64,000 bases of DNA, from NCBI RefSeq assembly GCF_018977255.1, contig NW_024704742.1, positions 84,322,001-84,386,000 of the forward strand, in the 5' to 3' direction. The position numbers and the translations under genes are program-made. Below the pieces are notes generated by a model, which saw only the letters and a program-made list of their open reading frames with translations, was not told where the DNA came from and searched no databases. Below, in pieces: positions 37,419 to 50,682 of the stretch; position 1 is the first letter of the stretch, and the number at the start of each line of letters is the position of its first letter. This DNA comes from Callorhinchus milii. Its lineage: Eukaryota.

Positions 37419-38499
37419 GTAAGTAACTTCTAGTTGTGTTGTGTAATAATGGGAAGATTTGCTTACTTTCTGTTCCTATTAAAGGGAATATTCCAGTTGT
37501 ATAATTGAAATGTCTCTCAGAAAAAGCTTTTTGAGGTAAATGATGATTGAACCGTGACTAATTAGCATCTTAAGCAAAACAAAATTCAACCGTCACTATA
37601 AAATAAATAAAACTGAATTCCGTTCACACATTCTGTGTGATGTTTATTTTGCAGTATATTTGCTTGTTTTCTGTATTAACTATTTGTAGTGTGTGTTTCA
37701 GTGGAGCAGCTAATCTATTTCCATGGGCATCCATATTCATTTATCTCCATGTGCAACTATGTTGTAGATTTTGTTGTGTGTTAATGCTGTTTTGCTACTA
37801 GGTTTGTTTGTGCAGAAATACTGTGTGTATTTAGTAGTTTATTAATTTGAGTTGTACTTTAGCATAATAATGCATATATATTCACTGGTGTTTATCAAGG
37901 CCAGTTTATTAGATTGATTTCACTAAGTCCGAGCACTTGGATATAAAGGAACATTGTTACTGGTAAAGTGCTGCTATGAATTTAAAATGGCACCAGGCCT
38001 ACAGTGGAGAATTTGTTATTTGGTTTGGAGAAAACCACTTTGTACGTGTGGTCACAATCCTGCTGGAATCTCGAGTACAGCAGCTACAGTGACCTCTCAG
38101 CTTGTGGAACTATCCATCATTGTTTTCCTCCCTTCAGACCTATTTCAACTTTCCTGCTACGGAGAGATTTCCTATAGAATTGCTTCAGTTATCTGTGGAA
38201 GGTTCAAATGCTCAGACATGAAACCCTTCCTCTGGTGAGTCTGTTTTCTTAGAGATGATCGTGTCGTTACAGAACATGAATTTGTTTTGCTTAAGATGCT
38301 AATTAGTCTGCCATATGTATAGGCTGCGTCCTGTAAGGGCTGAATCTGTATCTGACACCAGTTGTGCGAGTTGCCCTTCTGGGAAACCCCATTGTGTTAA
38401 TGGAAATCCACAATGATTTCTTCCATTTCATTTTTTTGGGACATTTGCTTTGATGCAAAACATCTTATCCCACTAGATTAGAACAAAGTAAGAATTATC

Positions 38500-39790
38500 T
38501 TCTCCAAATATTTAATGAACGCAGAGATGTGTTCAAAATTGTAAAAGGGTTGGGATGTTCTAAATTATTAAACCATTCAATAATGTTATCATAAATAGGC
38601 TATTCCTATTTGTTGGGTAGTCCAGGATCAGGGCACACAAATATAAGATAGCGACTGCGGGATCTAAAAGAGAACTTAGAAGGATGTGCTTCACGCAGAG
38701 GGCACTTACAATGCGGAACTCGCTGCCCGATACAGTGGTTTAATTAGATACATCTCACCAGTTCTGGCCAGGCTCCAATGGCTCCCCATCCCCAAACTGA
38801 TCGATTTCAAGATCCTCACTCTCGTGTTCAAATCCATTCACTCCCTGCACCTCCCTACCACTCTGACCTCTTCATTCCCCAATCCACCACTGGCGCCTTC
38901 ACTCAACTAGCACCGGCCTCCTGCTCTTCCCTTGCACCCTCCGCTCCACCATTGGAGATCGTGCTTTCACTACAACCCAAAACTCTGGAACACTTTCCCT
39001 CAATCCCTCCACCTTGCCCCTCTCTCCCTTCTTTCAAGTTCCTCCTGTAAACTTTCCTGTTCGACCGTGCTTAAAGCCACATTCGCCCGGCTCGAAGTTA
39101 GACTCCGCCACTGTTAAGTGCTCTGAGATGCTACCCTGCGTGGAGGGCGCCAAATAAGTGCAAGTTGTTGTTGAGTCAGATAGCATATATGCATATATGC
39201 ATCCCCCAGAGGATCAAATTCAAGATCCTCATCCTTACCTACAAGGCCATTCACGGCCTTGCTCCCTCCTACCTCTCCGACCTACTATCCCCCTACCTAC
39301 CTGCCCGTACCCTCCGTTCCTCTGGCTCCGGTCTGCTCCACATCCCCCGCCCCAACCGCCCTACCATCGGTGGCCGGGCCTTCAGCCTCTCAGCCCCGAG
39401 GCTCTGGAACTCTATCCCCCAGTGCCTTCGCCGCCTCCTCCCTTTCCTCCTTCAAGGCCGGTCTCAAGATCTTTCTCTTTGACCGAGCCTTCAGCTCCCC
39501 TCTCGACTCTCTACCCCCTCCTCGCTCCCTCCCTTCTCTCCCCTCAACCTGACCATTTCCCCCTTGCTCGGGTCCTGATCCAACTCTACAGCGCCTTGGG
39601 ACGTCCTCCCGACGTGAAAGGCGCTCTATAAATGGAATCTTGTTGTTGTTGTTGTTGCATTTAAAAGGAAGCTAGATATACACACACGAGAGAGAAGGGA
39701 ATAGAGAGGAGGGAGTAAGGAGTGGGTGGAGTATAACACCGGCACGGTCTCGTTGGACTGAATGGACCGTTTCATGCTGCCACATCTATG
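38500..39790 (+). mobile_element. CR1 3' fragment with two L2 3' fragments inside (38745-39175 older, 39200-39657 young)
   Basis: CR1 VFKIVKG/SRIRAH remnants at the left and a CR1 tail at 39660-39790. L2 FKILILTYKAIHGLAPSYL plus TTG tails in between. Confidence 0.85.
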
Positions 39791-40524
39791 TTGAGAGGCA
39801 TCCAGTTTGTTTCTGTGGATGGGACACGAACTGTTAGTGTGCAGTCTGACAATTACATTGCTGTGTTCTTCAATCCAATGTGGTTCATGTGTTATGAGCA
39901 ATGGAGTGAAAGAATATTTTTTTCTTTTGGTATATCTGCTCATCAGGCCACTGTTCTAAACTCTCAATGTCTTCTAATTTGTAGTTAGGCTTGTAGGTGG
40001 ACCCTGCAATATCTAACCAGTAACTGCCTGCCTGCCTATAAATCTGAGCCAGTTTCTCTTCAATTTAGTACTGTATGTTCTCCTGCAGCAGACTGTAATT
40101 TCCAAATCATTGTGTTCCCACTTGTTTTGCACTTGAGCAATAGAAATCTGCCTTCTGGGATTTTGACCTCTGTAAGGATCACTTTTTTTAACTGCTTTGC
40201 CCTGCAGCTTTAACTTGTCTTTTCCAAATGTATTCCTTGCCCTTTATGAAGTGATTTAAATACTTTTTCAGATTGCCCTATTGAGAAATGCTAGACTTTA
40301 CAGCATTAGGAAGAGGTCATAATGCCTATCAAGTGTAAAATTATGCTAGTTAATCCACTGGAACTATCTGATCTAATCCTAATTTCCTGCTTTTTTAAAT
40401 GTTCCCTTTTATATTTTTCTTCAAATGTTGCTTGAGCTGCCAACTAGTCCATTATGTGAATTGGCTGCATTCTGCTCGGGCCAAATCTGTATCTGACACT
40501 AGTTCTTGAGTTACCCTTCTGGAG

Positions 40525-40975
40525 GCTGTTCCAAATTCTGCTGCCCTCATTCTCACCCGCACCAAACTCTGCACACCCATTGCCGCAATCCTCGCCAGAC
40601 TCCACTGGCTCCCTTTCTCTGAATGAATCAAATTCATGGTCCTCACCTTCGCGTATAACTCACAAACACTTTTCTATCGCTCTGATTTGCTCACATCACA
40701 CTCCTTTGCCCAACTCTCTACTCAGCTGACGCATCCCATCCTCTCTGTGTCACCATTGGTGGCGAGCATTCAGTCATTACACTCCCAACCTCTGGAACTC
40801 CTTGACTCTATTCCTCCACCTTACCTCCTGCCTATCTTTAATTCCCATCTTAAAACATACTTCTTCAGTCATCTCCCCCTCCCTTCCTCTTTGCTTGGTG
40901 TCCAACCCTGCCACTGTGAAACTTAGATGTTAACCTATGTGATGAGCCTCATAGAAATCCAAGTTGTTTGTTGTT
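40525..40975 (+). mobile_element. Old L2 3' fragment
   Basis: [17 protein letters not shown] remnants. Confidence 0.75.
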
Positions 40976-41319
40976 TATCCTATGCCTTTTATGTTACTTT
41001 ATCCAGTTGAATTTTAAATGTTCTGAATTCAGCCTCAATAGCCACTTGTGCCAATGCATTTGATGTTCTAACTCGGTTGTGTCAAAGTTCCCTTAACTTT
41101 TCTAGTGCCAACCCTGATTTTGTGACATTTGTTGGCAAATTACCAAAATGTTTTTGTGGGATTAAGGCACATCGATTTAGTTGTGTTGCTAGCATGGCAT
41201 AACTCGTTGGACTGAATGGAAGCATCAGTGCTGAAACATTTTCTTCTATGGTTTTATATTCCAATATGGGGCAAGTTAATAGTGAGAAACCCATATTCTT
41301 GGAGTCATGTAGTATTCTT

Positions 41320-42020
41320 ATGTTGGGCAAGTTTTCTTACTCCCATCAGTTTGGTTTACCTAGTAGTAAGTAGGAACTGGTTGTTAGTCGATTGGCGGAT
41401 TGCTTTCCCAGCGTAATAATCCCTTAAAAAAATTAAATTAATTCATGGTCATTCAGTCCACGACTGTTTATGGAACTTTGCTGTGTACAATTGGCTGCCG
41501 CATTTCTCCAACAGGTGCTTGAACAAAAAAGAATAACCTTTACCGGTAGAGCTGTTATTACTTTACATTGTTAAGAGCTTTGTCCTTTGGATGAGATGTT
41601 AAACCGAGGTCCCATCCGACAAATGAGCATTAAACACCCCATGGTGCTATTACAAAAGAGAAGGGAGTTTCTCCTGGTGATCTGGTCAGTATCTTCAGTA
41701 GCAGGTTATGCTACTTTTATACTCCAGAAAAATTAATTACCTGAGACTAGTGGAACTTACATTTTGCAAGGATGTGTTTTTGTGAATACGGTATGTTGAA
41801 TAACGAATTATAAATGCAGATTTAAAATTTATTTGTGAAGTCTGTAGCGTAGTAATTATTGTGCTCCCCTCCCAAGTGAGAGGACCCAGGTTCGATTCCT
41901 GGATGGGGGAAACATTAGGTAAATTTCCTTAATCCACACGCCTCTGTTTACCTTGCAGCAAGTAGGAACCTGGTTGTTAGTCGATTAGCGGATTGCTTTT
42001 CAGGGGTGATAATCTCAACA
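41320..42020 (+). mobile_element. Two partial tRNA-SINEs (41320-41510, 41840-42020) flanking a Deu fragment
   Basis: Repeated GGGCAAGTTT..TTACTCC / AGTAGGAAC..GGTTGTTAGTCGATT blocks. Confidence 0.8.
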
Positions 42021-42574
42021 AAAAAAACTTAAATTTAAAAGAAATACCTACATGAAGGAAATAGAGGAGTAGAGAACAGGTACCGGGGATTAGGAGGGGT
42101 GGAGGATCATGTGGTGTATAAACATTGTCATGGATGAGTTGTTTTGGTACTGTATAATTTATGTAATTCTGTGTAAAATGGCTTCTTAGAATAACATTGA
42201 AATAATACAGGGAATGATAATGTTTAACCGATTTAATTGAATAATTGAGATTATCACAATTTACCTCATCAGACTGATGAAAACTTTTTAAATTGGTTTG
42301 TCTGCTTTATGCACTGTACCAACCTATTCCTTCATGTCTGAGAATCATAATTTTTCATTAGTGTCTTAGTAGTACAACAAAGCAGTGCTTTTCACCTAGT
42401 TCCAGATTAATTCCTTGAGAGTAACTTATTAGTTATTTTTCTGGTACAAAGACTTAACCAAAAACGTTTCCTTAAATGTTGCTTCTTTTATAAATCAAGC
42501 ATTCAATCAGTAGTTGATATAGCTCAATTTGAGCACATAATTTCTCACAAAGCAGCCATGAAGCAAATGATTAA

Positions 42575-42780
42575 TTGTTGGCCACGACACCAATTGTTGG
42601 CAAGGTTGAAGCTCCCTTCTCTTTTCAAATCGTGCCACGGGGATCTTTAAGGTCCACCTGAAGAACCAGACGAGACCTCTGTTTAATGTCTCACTTGAAA
42701 AACAGACCTCCAAGAATGAGGTGCACCCAGAAGTGCATTGGAGTGTCACCTGGACTGTGAGTTCAGTCCTGATGTGGGAC
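42575..42780 (-). mobile_element. Deu-domain SINE fragment
   Basis: GTTGGCCA.GACACC...GTGCCACGGGGATCTTTAA.GTCCACCTGAA...CCTCTGTTTAATGTCTCA. Confidence 0.75.
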
Positions 42781-43471
42781 TGTCAAGTTGCCCTTGATGC
42801 TACTTCTAGCAGGGACCAGCCAGCTTGCTGCATGTATTTCTGGTCTGGACAAAACTTACTATCCTTTGGTACCTGCAGGTTGACAGGAAACCTGTATTGT
42901 AAGCAAACCAGTGCTCTTGCGAGGAGCTTTACAATTGGGTCATCCTGTATTTGCTTATTTATTAGATCGGCTGTTATGCGATATGTCGAAGGCTCTCAGG
43001 ACCATGATTATTATGAAGATGAGGTAATGAATATCTTGTTAGTGTAATCTATCTTGCAGAGTTGAATAACGTTGACAGTTGTAAGGTTAACTTGGAGGTT
43101 TGCCTTTCGGGGGCCAAGCATCTAATGGATAGCTCCATGTAAAGTTTGCACAACAAAATTCTAACCTATTCAAAAGAATAAAGTCAAACTGACGGTCAGT
43201 GCTTGAGATTGGTGATCACAGCTGAGAATTGTGTTTGTAAAATTGAATATTTTCCTGTCTTCGTGCTGGAAGAATTTAGTTGCAAAAATGGTTTATTTTA
43301 ATCACTGTAAAGTACACTACTGCATTAAATATTTAAGAGGAAAAGTAGCAAATAAGTGCATGCTGAAATATTTATATTGGATTGAGGAGGCATATAATTT
43401 GACACTATTTTCCACTCCATAAGCCATGTCAACCTTTTGTTTCCTGCAGATTTTTCCACTGCCATTTAAAG

Positions 43472-43814
43472 AATAATATTAATCCTTGCACTTGATAAAG
43501 CGCCTTATAGCGTCTTCGAGACGCCTCAAAATACTTCACAGAATATACTGTAAAGTGAATTGACTGTATATATTATGGGCAGACACGGCAGCCAATTGCG
43601 CACAAACATTCGTGGATTGAAGTGACCAATTTATATATTTTTTTAAGGCATTATTACTCCCGGAAAAGTGATCTGCCAATCAACTAACAACCGGGTTCCT
43701 ACTTGCTGCTTAATAAACAGAGGAGTGTGGAGTAAGGAATCTTGCCCAATGTTTCGCCCTGCCTGGAATCAAACCCAGGTCTCTCGCTTGCGAGGCGAGT
43801 GAGCTACAGGAGTC
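43472..43814 (-). mobile_element. tRNA-derived SINE (long form)
   Basis: Reverse complement of 25709-26058. Confidence 0.92.
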
Positions 43815-43934
43815 CACACTAAAATGATGTCCGAAATATCCATGCTTGCATATTCACTCTGCTTTAGAGTGGCAGTGTGTTTGAAACCTAGGTACTGCAT
43901 ATACTATCATGTTTATTAAAATATTAATGTAACC

Positions 43935-44648
43935 TTGACATCTTGTTTGATCCTCAACTATCCTTTCTACTCCACATCTGTGCCATGACCCGCTTTGCCT
44001 TCCACCATCTCCGCAACATCGCCCGGCTCCGCCACTATCTCATACCACAGGCCGCCAAGTCCTTCATACGTGCATTCATAACATCCAGGCTCGACTATGC
44101 AAACACCCTGTTTGTCGGCCTCCCCAACTCCTCCCTCCATAGACTGCAGATCATCCAGAACTCTGCAGCCCGCGTCTTCTCCCGCACCAGGCCCCGTGAC
44201 TCTAATACTCCTATCCTCTGGCTTCCTATCGCACAGAAAATACAGTTCAAGATCCCAGTTCTCACCTTCAAAGCCCTCTATGGTCTCGCTCCCCTACCGC
44301 TGTAACCTCCTAGCCCCCTATCAACCCGCCCACTCCCTCCGCTCAGCTGGCTGCGACCTGCTTCATGTCCCCCGCCTCGCCTGCCCAACCATTGGTGGGC
44401 GAGCCTTCAGCCACTCTGCCCCACCCTCTGGAACTCCATCCCGCAGTCTCTCCGCCTCGCTCCCTCCCTTGCTTCCTTCAAGACCATCTCAAGACCCTCC
44501 TCTTCAACTGTGCCTTCGATCACCCTCCTTCCCCCCCGCGTTCCATCCTCCCTGATCCCGACCTCCAGCTCGGATCCGAAACACTGGTTGTCCAGCGCCT
44601 TGGATCCCCTCCTGTCGTGAAAGGCTCCATACAAATGTAATTTTGTTG
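43935..44648 (+). mobile_element. L2 LINE 3' fragment
   Basis: FDPQLSF...HLRNIARLR...SRLDYAN...QNSAAR...FKALYGLAP, then tail. Confidence 0.92.
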
Positions 44649-45214
44649 TAATTCATGAATGAACGTTTTAAGTTGAGTATTTGCTATGTTATGCCCTGAC
44701 ACATTCGCTACTTAAGTTTGCTTTTTGAACTTCTATTAATGGGAAGGATGTGCAACGCAGAATTTCCTTACTAGACTTTGAGTGCTGGAAAACTTCCATT
44801 CTTAAAAATTATAGCCAAGTCCAACAACAACTTGCATTTATATAGCAACCTTCACGCGAGGTAGTGTCCCGGAGGCTCTGACCTCGAGCCACTCATAGTT
44901 GCAGTTTGTGCTATTACAATGCAACATTGTCCATGTCAGCGCCTATTTAAAGAAAGCTATATTGATGACCTGATGGTTCTTTTTAGGAAGAATCCCACTA
45001 ACCGATTTAAAGATGGGTTTCATGTGCATGTCAATCTACAATGGCAATTCCAGAATTATTGCTAACAAAAAGAATCATCTGGAAGCACTTATGGCACTAC
45101 TGTTTTGCCACCTGGTCAAATTATGTTTGCGCCGAATGAAATTTATATCCTATAACGATTATAATTTTTTATAGGACTTGTTCAGCGAGACTGCATTATG
45201 TGAATAACTTTAAA

Positions 45215-46140
45215 ACAGGATGATATAAAGGGATTTGAAAGGCTAGAAAAGTATTTGCTATGGCATCCTCTGGCCAGAATACCTAAGTACCTAATGTATC
45301 ATGGCCTTAGGATGCCATAGGAAATACTCAGCTTAAAAAGTTCACTCACTAATTACATTAATATTTTAATGAACGTGATAGTATATGCAGTACCTAGGTT
45401 TCAAACACACTGCCACTCTGAAGCAGGTAAAGGTACAAATGTGTAAGCATGGATATTTCAGACATCATTTTGGTGGGGGAATCCAGAACAAGTGAGCATA
45501 ATCTTAAAATTCGAGCTAAGCCATTTAGGAATGCAATAAGGAAGCATTTTTCTCACAAAGGGTAATGGAAATCTGGAACTCTCTCCCCAAACTCTGTGAA
45601 TGCTGGAACAATTCAAATTTTCAAAATTGAGGTGGATAGATTTTTTGTTAGGTTATGGGTAACAACAACAACAAGATTCCATTTATTGAGCGCCTTTCAC
45701 GTCGGGAGGACGTCCCAAGGCGCTGTACAGTTGGGTCAGGACCCGAGCAAGGGGGGAAATGGTCAGGGTGAGGGGAGGGAAGGGAGGGAGCGAGGAGGGG
45801 GTAGAGAGTCGAGAGGGGAGCTGAAGGCATGGTCAAAGAGAAAGGTCTTGAGACCGGCCTTGAAGGAGGAAAGGGAGGAGGCGGCGAAGGCACTGGGGGA
45901 TAGAGTTCCAGAGCCTCGGGGCTGAGAGGCTGAAGGCCCGACCACCGATGGTAGGGCGGTTAGGGCGGGGGATGTGGAGCAGACCGGAGCCAGAGGAATG
46001 GAGGATACGGGCGGGTAGATAGGGGGATAGTAGCAGCAAAGGCTGGTAAATGGAGTTGATGTACAATTCAGCCATGCTCAGATAGAATGGCAGAACAGAC
46101 TTGAGGGTCTGAATGACCTACTCCTGTTCCTATGTTCCTT
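45215..46140 (+). mobile_element. CR1 3' fragment interrupted by an inverted-duplication insert (45250-45474) and a young - strand L2 tail (45661-46032)
   Basis: CR1 KGF.RL / VGESRT / FRNAIRKHFFSQRVMEIWNSLP, with tail CCTACTCCTGTTCCTATGTTC. The L2 is near-identical to 39282-39657. Confidence 0.85.
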
Positions 46141-46219
46141 AAACGGAAATGAATCTGTTTAAACATTGTAATGCATTTTCGGGGAGCAAATCATAACAGT
46201 TTATGATCAAAATGTGTTC

Positions 46220-46545
46220 AGGCTGGCTCAGTAGCACTCTCGCCTCTTGAAGGTTTCAAATCCCAGTCTATATTGACATTCCAATGCAGTGCTGGGGGCG
46301 TGTTGCGTGGTTGGAGGTGCCATCCTTCAGATGAGATGTTAAAGCAAGGCTCCATCTTGCCTCTTTGGGTGGACATTAATAATTCCTTGGCACTATTCAT
46401 AAAATGAAGGGAGTTTCTCCTAGTATTCTGGTCGCCAATCTCCCAAATAAAATCATTCATTTGTTTCATGGCTGTCTTGGGACGTTACTGTGCACAAATT
46501 GGCTAGCCCGTTCACCCACAAAACAAAGTCACTATACTGTAAGGT
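46220..46545 (+). mobile_element. Deu-domain SINE, near full-length
   Basis: GGCTCAGTAGCACTCTCGCCTC head and CAGATGAGATGTTAAA...GTGGACATTAA Deu domain. Confidence 0.8.
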
Positions 46546-47074
46546 ATATTCCTCCTCCCAGCTTGATGTCAAGCTCTGCCACTATTAAGCACTCCAAAAC
46601 GCTACCCGCATTATATAGATGCAAGTTGTTGTTGATGAGCATGTCATCAAAAACCTCTGAATATACCATGTATTTACTAGAAGGACTTCTGCTTAGATAT
46701 TGTGGTGCGTTAAATATTTGACATTGGGTGCAGCTCCTGACTGACCAGTTGCCTTCCGTCTTGACTTGCTTGATATCCTGCTTCATTTTGGCAGTGATTT
46801 AATATTGTTAGGTAACGTTTTCCATATAATGTAAGTTAGGCAACCACATAAGTATAGTATTAAATTTCTCCATACATTTCTATTATATTTTTGGCAGTAA
46901 AATTCAGCACATTCTGCACTAAAATGAAGCAATAGCAATTGTAACCTCAGGCGAACCAGTTGTATAAATTTACTTTGCTTTCAATCTATAAAATAGGAAT
47001 ATCTTGTTGGCTAATTTCGTCTTCTCTTCCTCCCCAACTTCCAATGCCATAACGTGTATTTATTGATAATTGGA

Positions 47075-47852
47075 GACCAGCATTGGTTGCACTCTACATC
47101 TCACAAAGCCAATACAGATCTTCAGCATCCTGTTTGACCTTCAGTTGTCCTTCATTCTTCATATCCGTGCTATGACCCGCTCTGCCTTTCCCCACCTCTG
47201 CAACGTTGCCTGGCTCCACCACTGTCTCTCAACGCAAGCCGTCGAGACCCTCATCCACACTTTCATCAAATCCAGGCTTAATTACACAATTGGCTCATTG
47301 GCTTCCCCAACTACTCCCTCCACCGATTACACATCATCCAGAACACTGCAGCCCATGTTCTCTCTAGCACCAGGCCCCACGGCCCGATAACCCCCATCCT
47401 CGCCCAACTCCACTGGCTTCCCATCACTCAGAGGATACAGTTCAAAATCCTGACTTCAACTTTAAAGCCCTCCACAGCCTTGCTGCTTCCTCCTCCTAAA
47501 CCCCTACCAACCTGTCCGCTCCCTCTGCTTAACAGGCTCTGGCCTACTTCATGTCCCCCGCCTTGCCCGCCCCACCATTGGTGAGCGGGCCTTCAGCCTC
47601 TCTGCCCCCATCCTCTGGAACTCCATTCTACAGACCCTCCACCTCCCCCCGTCCCTTCCCTCCTTCAAGATGCATCTCAGGACCCTCCACTTGGATCGCA
47701 CGTTCGGTCACCCTCCTACCCCAACCCTCCCTGCCCTCCACTCTTCCTGATCCCAACAGCCAGCTCGGATTCGGATCCCTGACACTCCAGCACCTTGGGA
47801 CGTCCTCCTGACGTGAAAGGCGCTATACAAATGTAATTTGTTGTTGTTGTTG
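47075..47852 (+). mobile_element. L2 LINE 3' fragment
   Basis: GCTLHLTKP...LFDLQLSF...VETLIHTF..SRL, tail stem-loop and (TTG)n. Confidence 0.9.
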
Positions 47853-48387
47853 ACCTAGAATTCAAATTAATCTAGCTGGAAAAAAAACAAGATTGTTACT
47901 TTTCAGAACAACCAGCTTTTCTTCATTTCTATCGACCGCAAATACCAGCAGAAACTGTTGTACCTGCACATATTCACAATGTGTTTAGATATTGATTCAT
48001 CTTTTCTTTGATATTTATTTAGTTGGTTCCATTCAGTGATAAATGGGGGAGGGAAAGAAAGAGGAAAAATGTGCATAAGAAGGTGGGAGCAAATCTGCCA
48101 AATTCAGTATTCCAATAAAGTCAGAATGAAAGTTAGACAAGGAAAAAAAGAAATTCAGAGAGTGGGATGAAGGAGAGAATGTGTTATTTTAGTGCCTATA
48201 TCAAGTTGTCGTTGGCACTGCAGCCAATTTGTATTTTACATGATGACTAGTTATACACACTGTTTCTAGGGAGAACCCAGTTAGTGTGGTTACTACTCCT
48301 TATTTTATCCATTGGTTAAACAAATGCCAATGTTTTTACCTTATGCCCTTTTGATCATGGGGGTTAGGAGGGTTATTTTCCCATACT

Positions 48388-48620
48388 AAACCTTGGGCAA
48401 GTTTCCTTACTCCACACGCCTGATGATAATCCCTCAAAAAACAATAATAAATTGGTCACTTCAATCCACGACTGTTTGTGGGACACTGCTGTGTGCAATT
48501 GGCTGCTGCATTTCGCCCACAAATATACAGTCAATTTACAATGTATTCTGTGAAGTGCTTTGAGACGTCTAGAAGACATGAAAATCGCTATATCAAATGC
48601 AAGGATTATTGTTATTATTA
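48388..48620 (+). mobile_element. tRNA-SINE short form, headless
   Basis: CTCCACACGCCTGATGATAATCCC junction and full tail. Confidence 0.88.
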
Positions 48621-50339
48621 TATCATATTCCAGCTAGGAGGGTAAATAACAACAACAACTTGCATTTATATAGTGCCCCTCACACAGGGTCATGTCCCAG
48701 AGCGCTTCATAGTCTTCCAGGCCTTATGTTGCTGATCCTAGAGGAATGCTAAAAGACAGTGACCATCTCTGCAAGGAACTGCCTTCGTTCTTGGTCTGAG
48801 TCCATTTAACAATGATTGGAGCTGGGGAGCATCACAGCTAATGGATACCAGTTATCTTGGTGTATGTATGGGGAGGGGAAGAGACAGCGACTGCGAGCAG
48901 AAAGTTTGTACTTTGTGAGCTTGAGTCCAAGTAGATTGCAGATGCTGAATATCGTAAGCAAGTTGATTTCTTGGCATTGAAATGTACAATCTTTTCTAAA
49001 TTAAACCGTTCTAAAGTCGATGATTACTTTTTCAAACAAGTTGATACTCATTGACATTCTACAGTATACCAGAGAATAACATTTCAATGATGAGAGCTTG
49101 AGATACTTTGGTCTTAGTAACCCTTTAAGTTGCATGCTGTTGCATGTTTTGAAAAAATATTCTGCAATATATTTTATCAATATCAGTTTGAGGTTGACTG
49201 GTTGAAATAGTGTGAGCCTTAATGGAAGTGGCTATACCTTCGAACCCTATTATAATGCAGGTTCACTTATAGTGTGGTTGAGGTATGGATCTTGACATTT
49301 ACTAACCAGACAAATCCCAAAAGCTAGCAGTCTCATTGTGCTCACGTGCAGGGTGAAGGAAATGACGGCAGCAACCTGAAAGCCTGGAAGCTAGCCATTT
49401 TTTAACATGTCTTTGAAGGAATTATTTCACACAGAAAAGCAATCTGCCCATTGACTTGAGTAAGGAAACGTTTCGCTCTGCTGGAAATCGAACACAGGTC
49501 TCGCACTGTGCTCTAACCACTTAGCTACAGGACTCCTCATTCTCTCTTGCCCCATTTCCCTACCACCAGCATTTTGCACACTATTTAATGTAACTTGCTG
49601 ACACTGGTTTGGCTCACTTGTGAAAAATGTCTATTTAATTGAAGTACTGCAGAGGTAGTGCGCTTGAAACTATTATTGCAGCTTGAATCAGTGCCAGCAC
49701 TTTATCACAAGAGAAATTTGGAGCTTCACTTACACCCTCCTCAACAACATATGCACACCAAAAAAAATTGTGGCTCCAAATTCAAGTTTGCAGGCAGTTT
49801 CACAATGGAAAATATTCTCCGGCACTTGTATTTTAGAAAAGGCTGATAAAGATGTGTCTGAAATAAGAAAACAATAGGAGTCTAGCAATGAATAAAAGTT
49901 AAGCAACTGATGAGATAAATTGAAGATTCAGTTAGAATATCCTGAACTGCTAGAGATGTGGAAACCACACAATTGTCATTTACACTGTGAATTCCACAGC
50001 CCCAGCAAAGTACATGTGCAAACTTGCACACGCACACACACGCTTGTTTGAAAATCACATTTGTGGCTGACTGTTGTTTATTGTTTATATTGCTGGCTCC
50101 TATCTTCCAGCACATCAAAGCTGTGTTCCTGTGTTGCAATTGCAACATAGATAAATGTAGCTTAAGTAAGGGAGAAACTTTGTGTAAAGGAACTGAATAG
50201 GCGCTTCTATTCTGTGAAGTGCTTTGAGACGTCTAGAAGACGTGAAAAACGCTATATCAAATGCAAGGATTATTAATAAGGAAGCGCCTCTTGACTCTTG
50301 AGTTGAATTGGGGGCTCCAGTTAGTTCAGTTCTGATTTA

Positions 50340-50682
50340 TAATAATAGCAGTAATAATCGTTTGATATATTGTCTTTGAGACGTCTCAAAGTGCTTCACA
50401 GAATACACTGTAACGTGAATTGACTGTATAAGCCAATTGCACAGGGCAGTGTCTCACAAACAGTCATGGATTGAGTGATTATATTATTATTATTTTTTGA
50501 AGGGATTATTAACCCCAGAAAAGCGATCGGCCAATTGACTTAACAACTGGGTTCCTACTTGCTGCAAGGCAAACAGGCACGCGGAGTAAGAAAACTTGCC
50601 CACTGTTTCGCCTTGGCCGGGAAATCGAACTTAGGTCCTCTCGCTTGTGAAGCGAGTGCTGTAACCACTGAGCTACAGGACA
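50340..50682 (-). mobile_element. tRNA-derived SINE (long form)
   Basis: Reverse complement of the consensus head, body and tail. A + strand tail fragment lies at 50205-50280. Confidence 0.9.
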
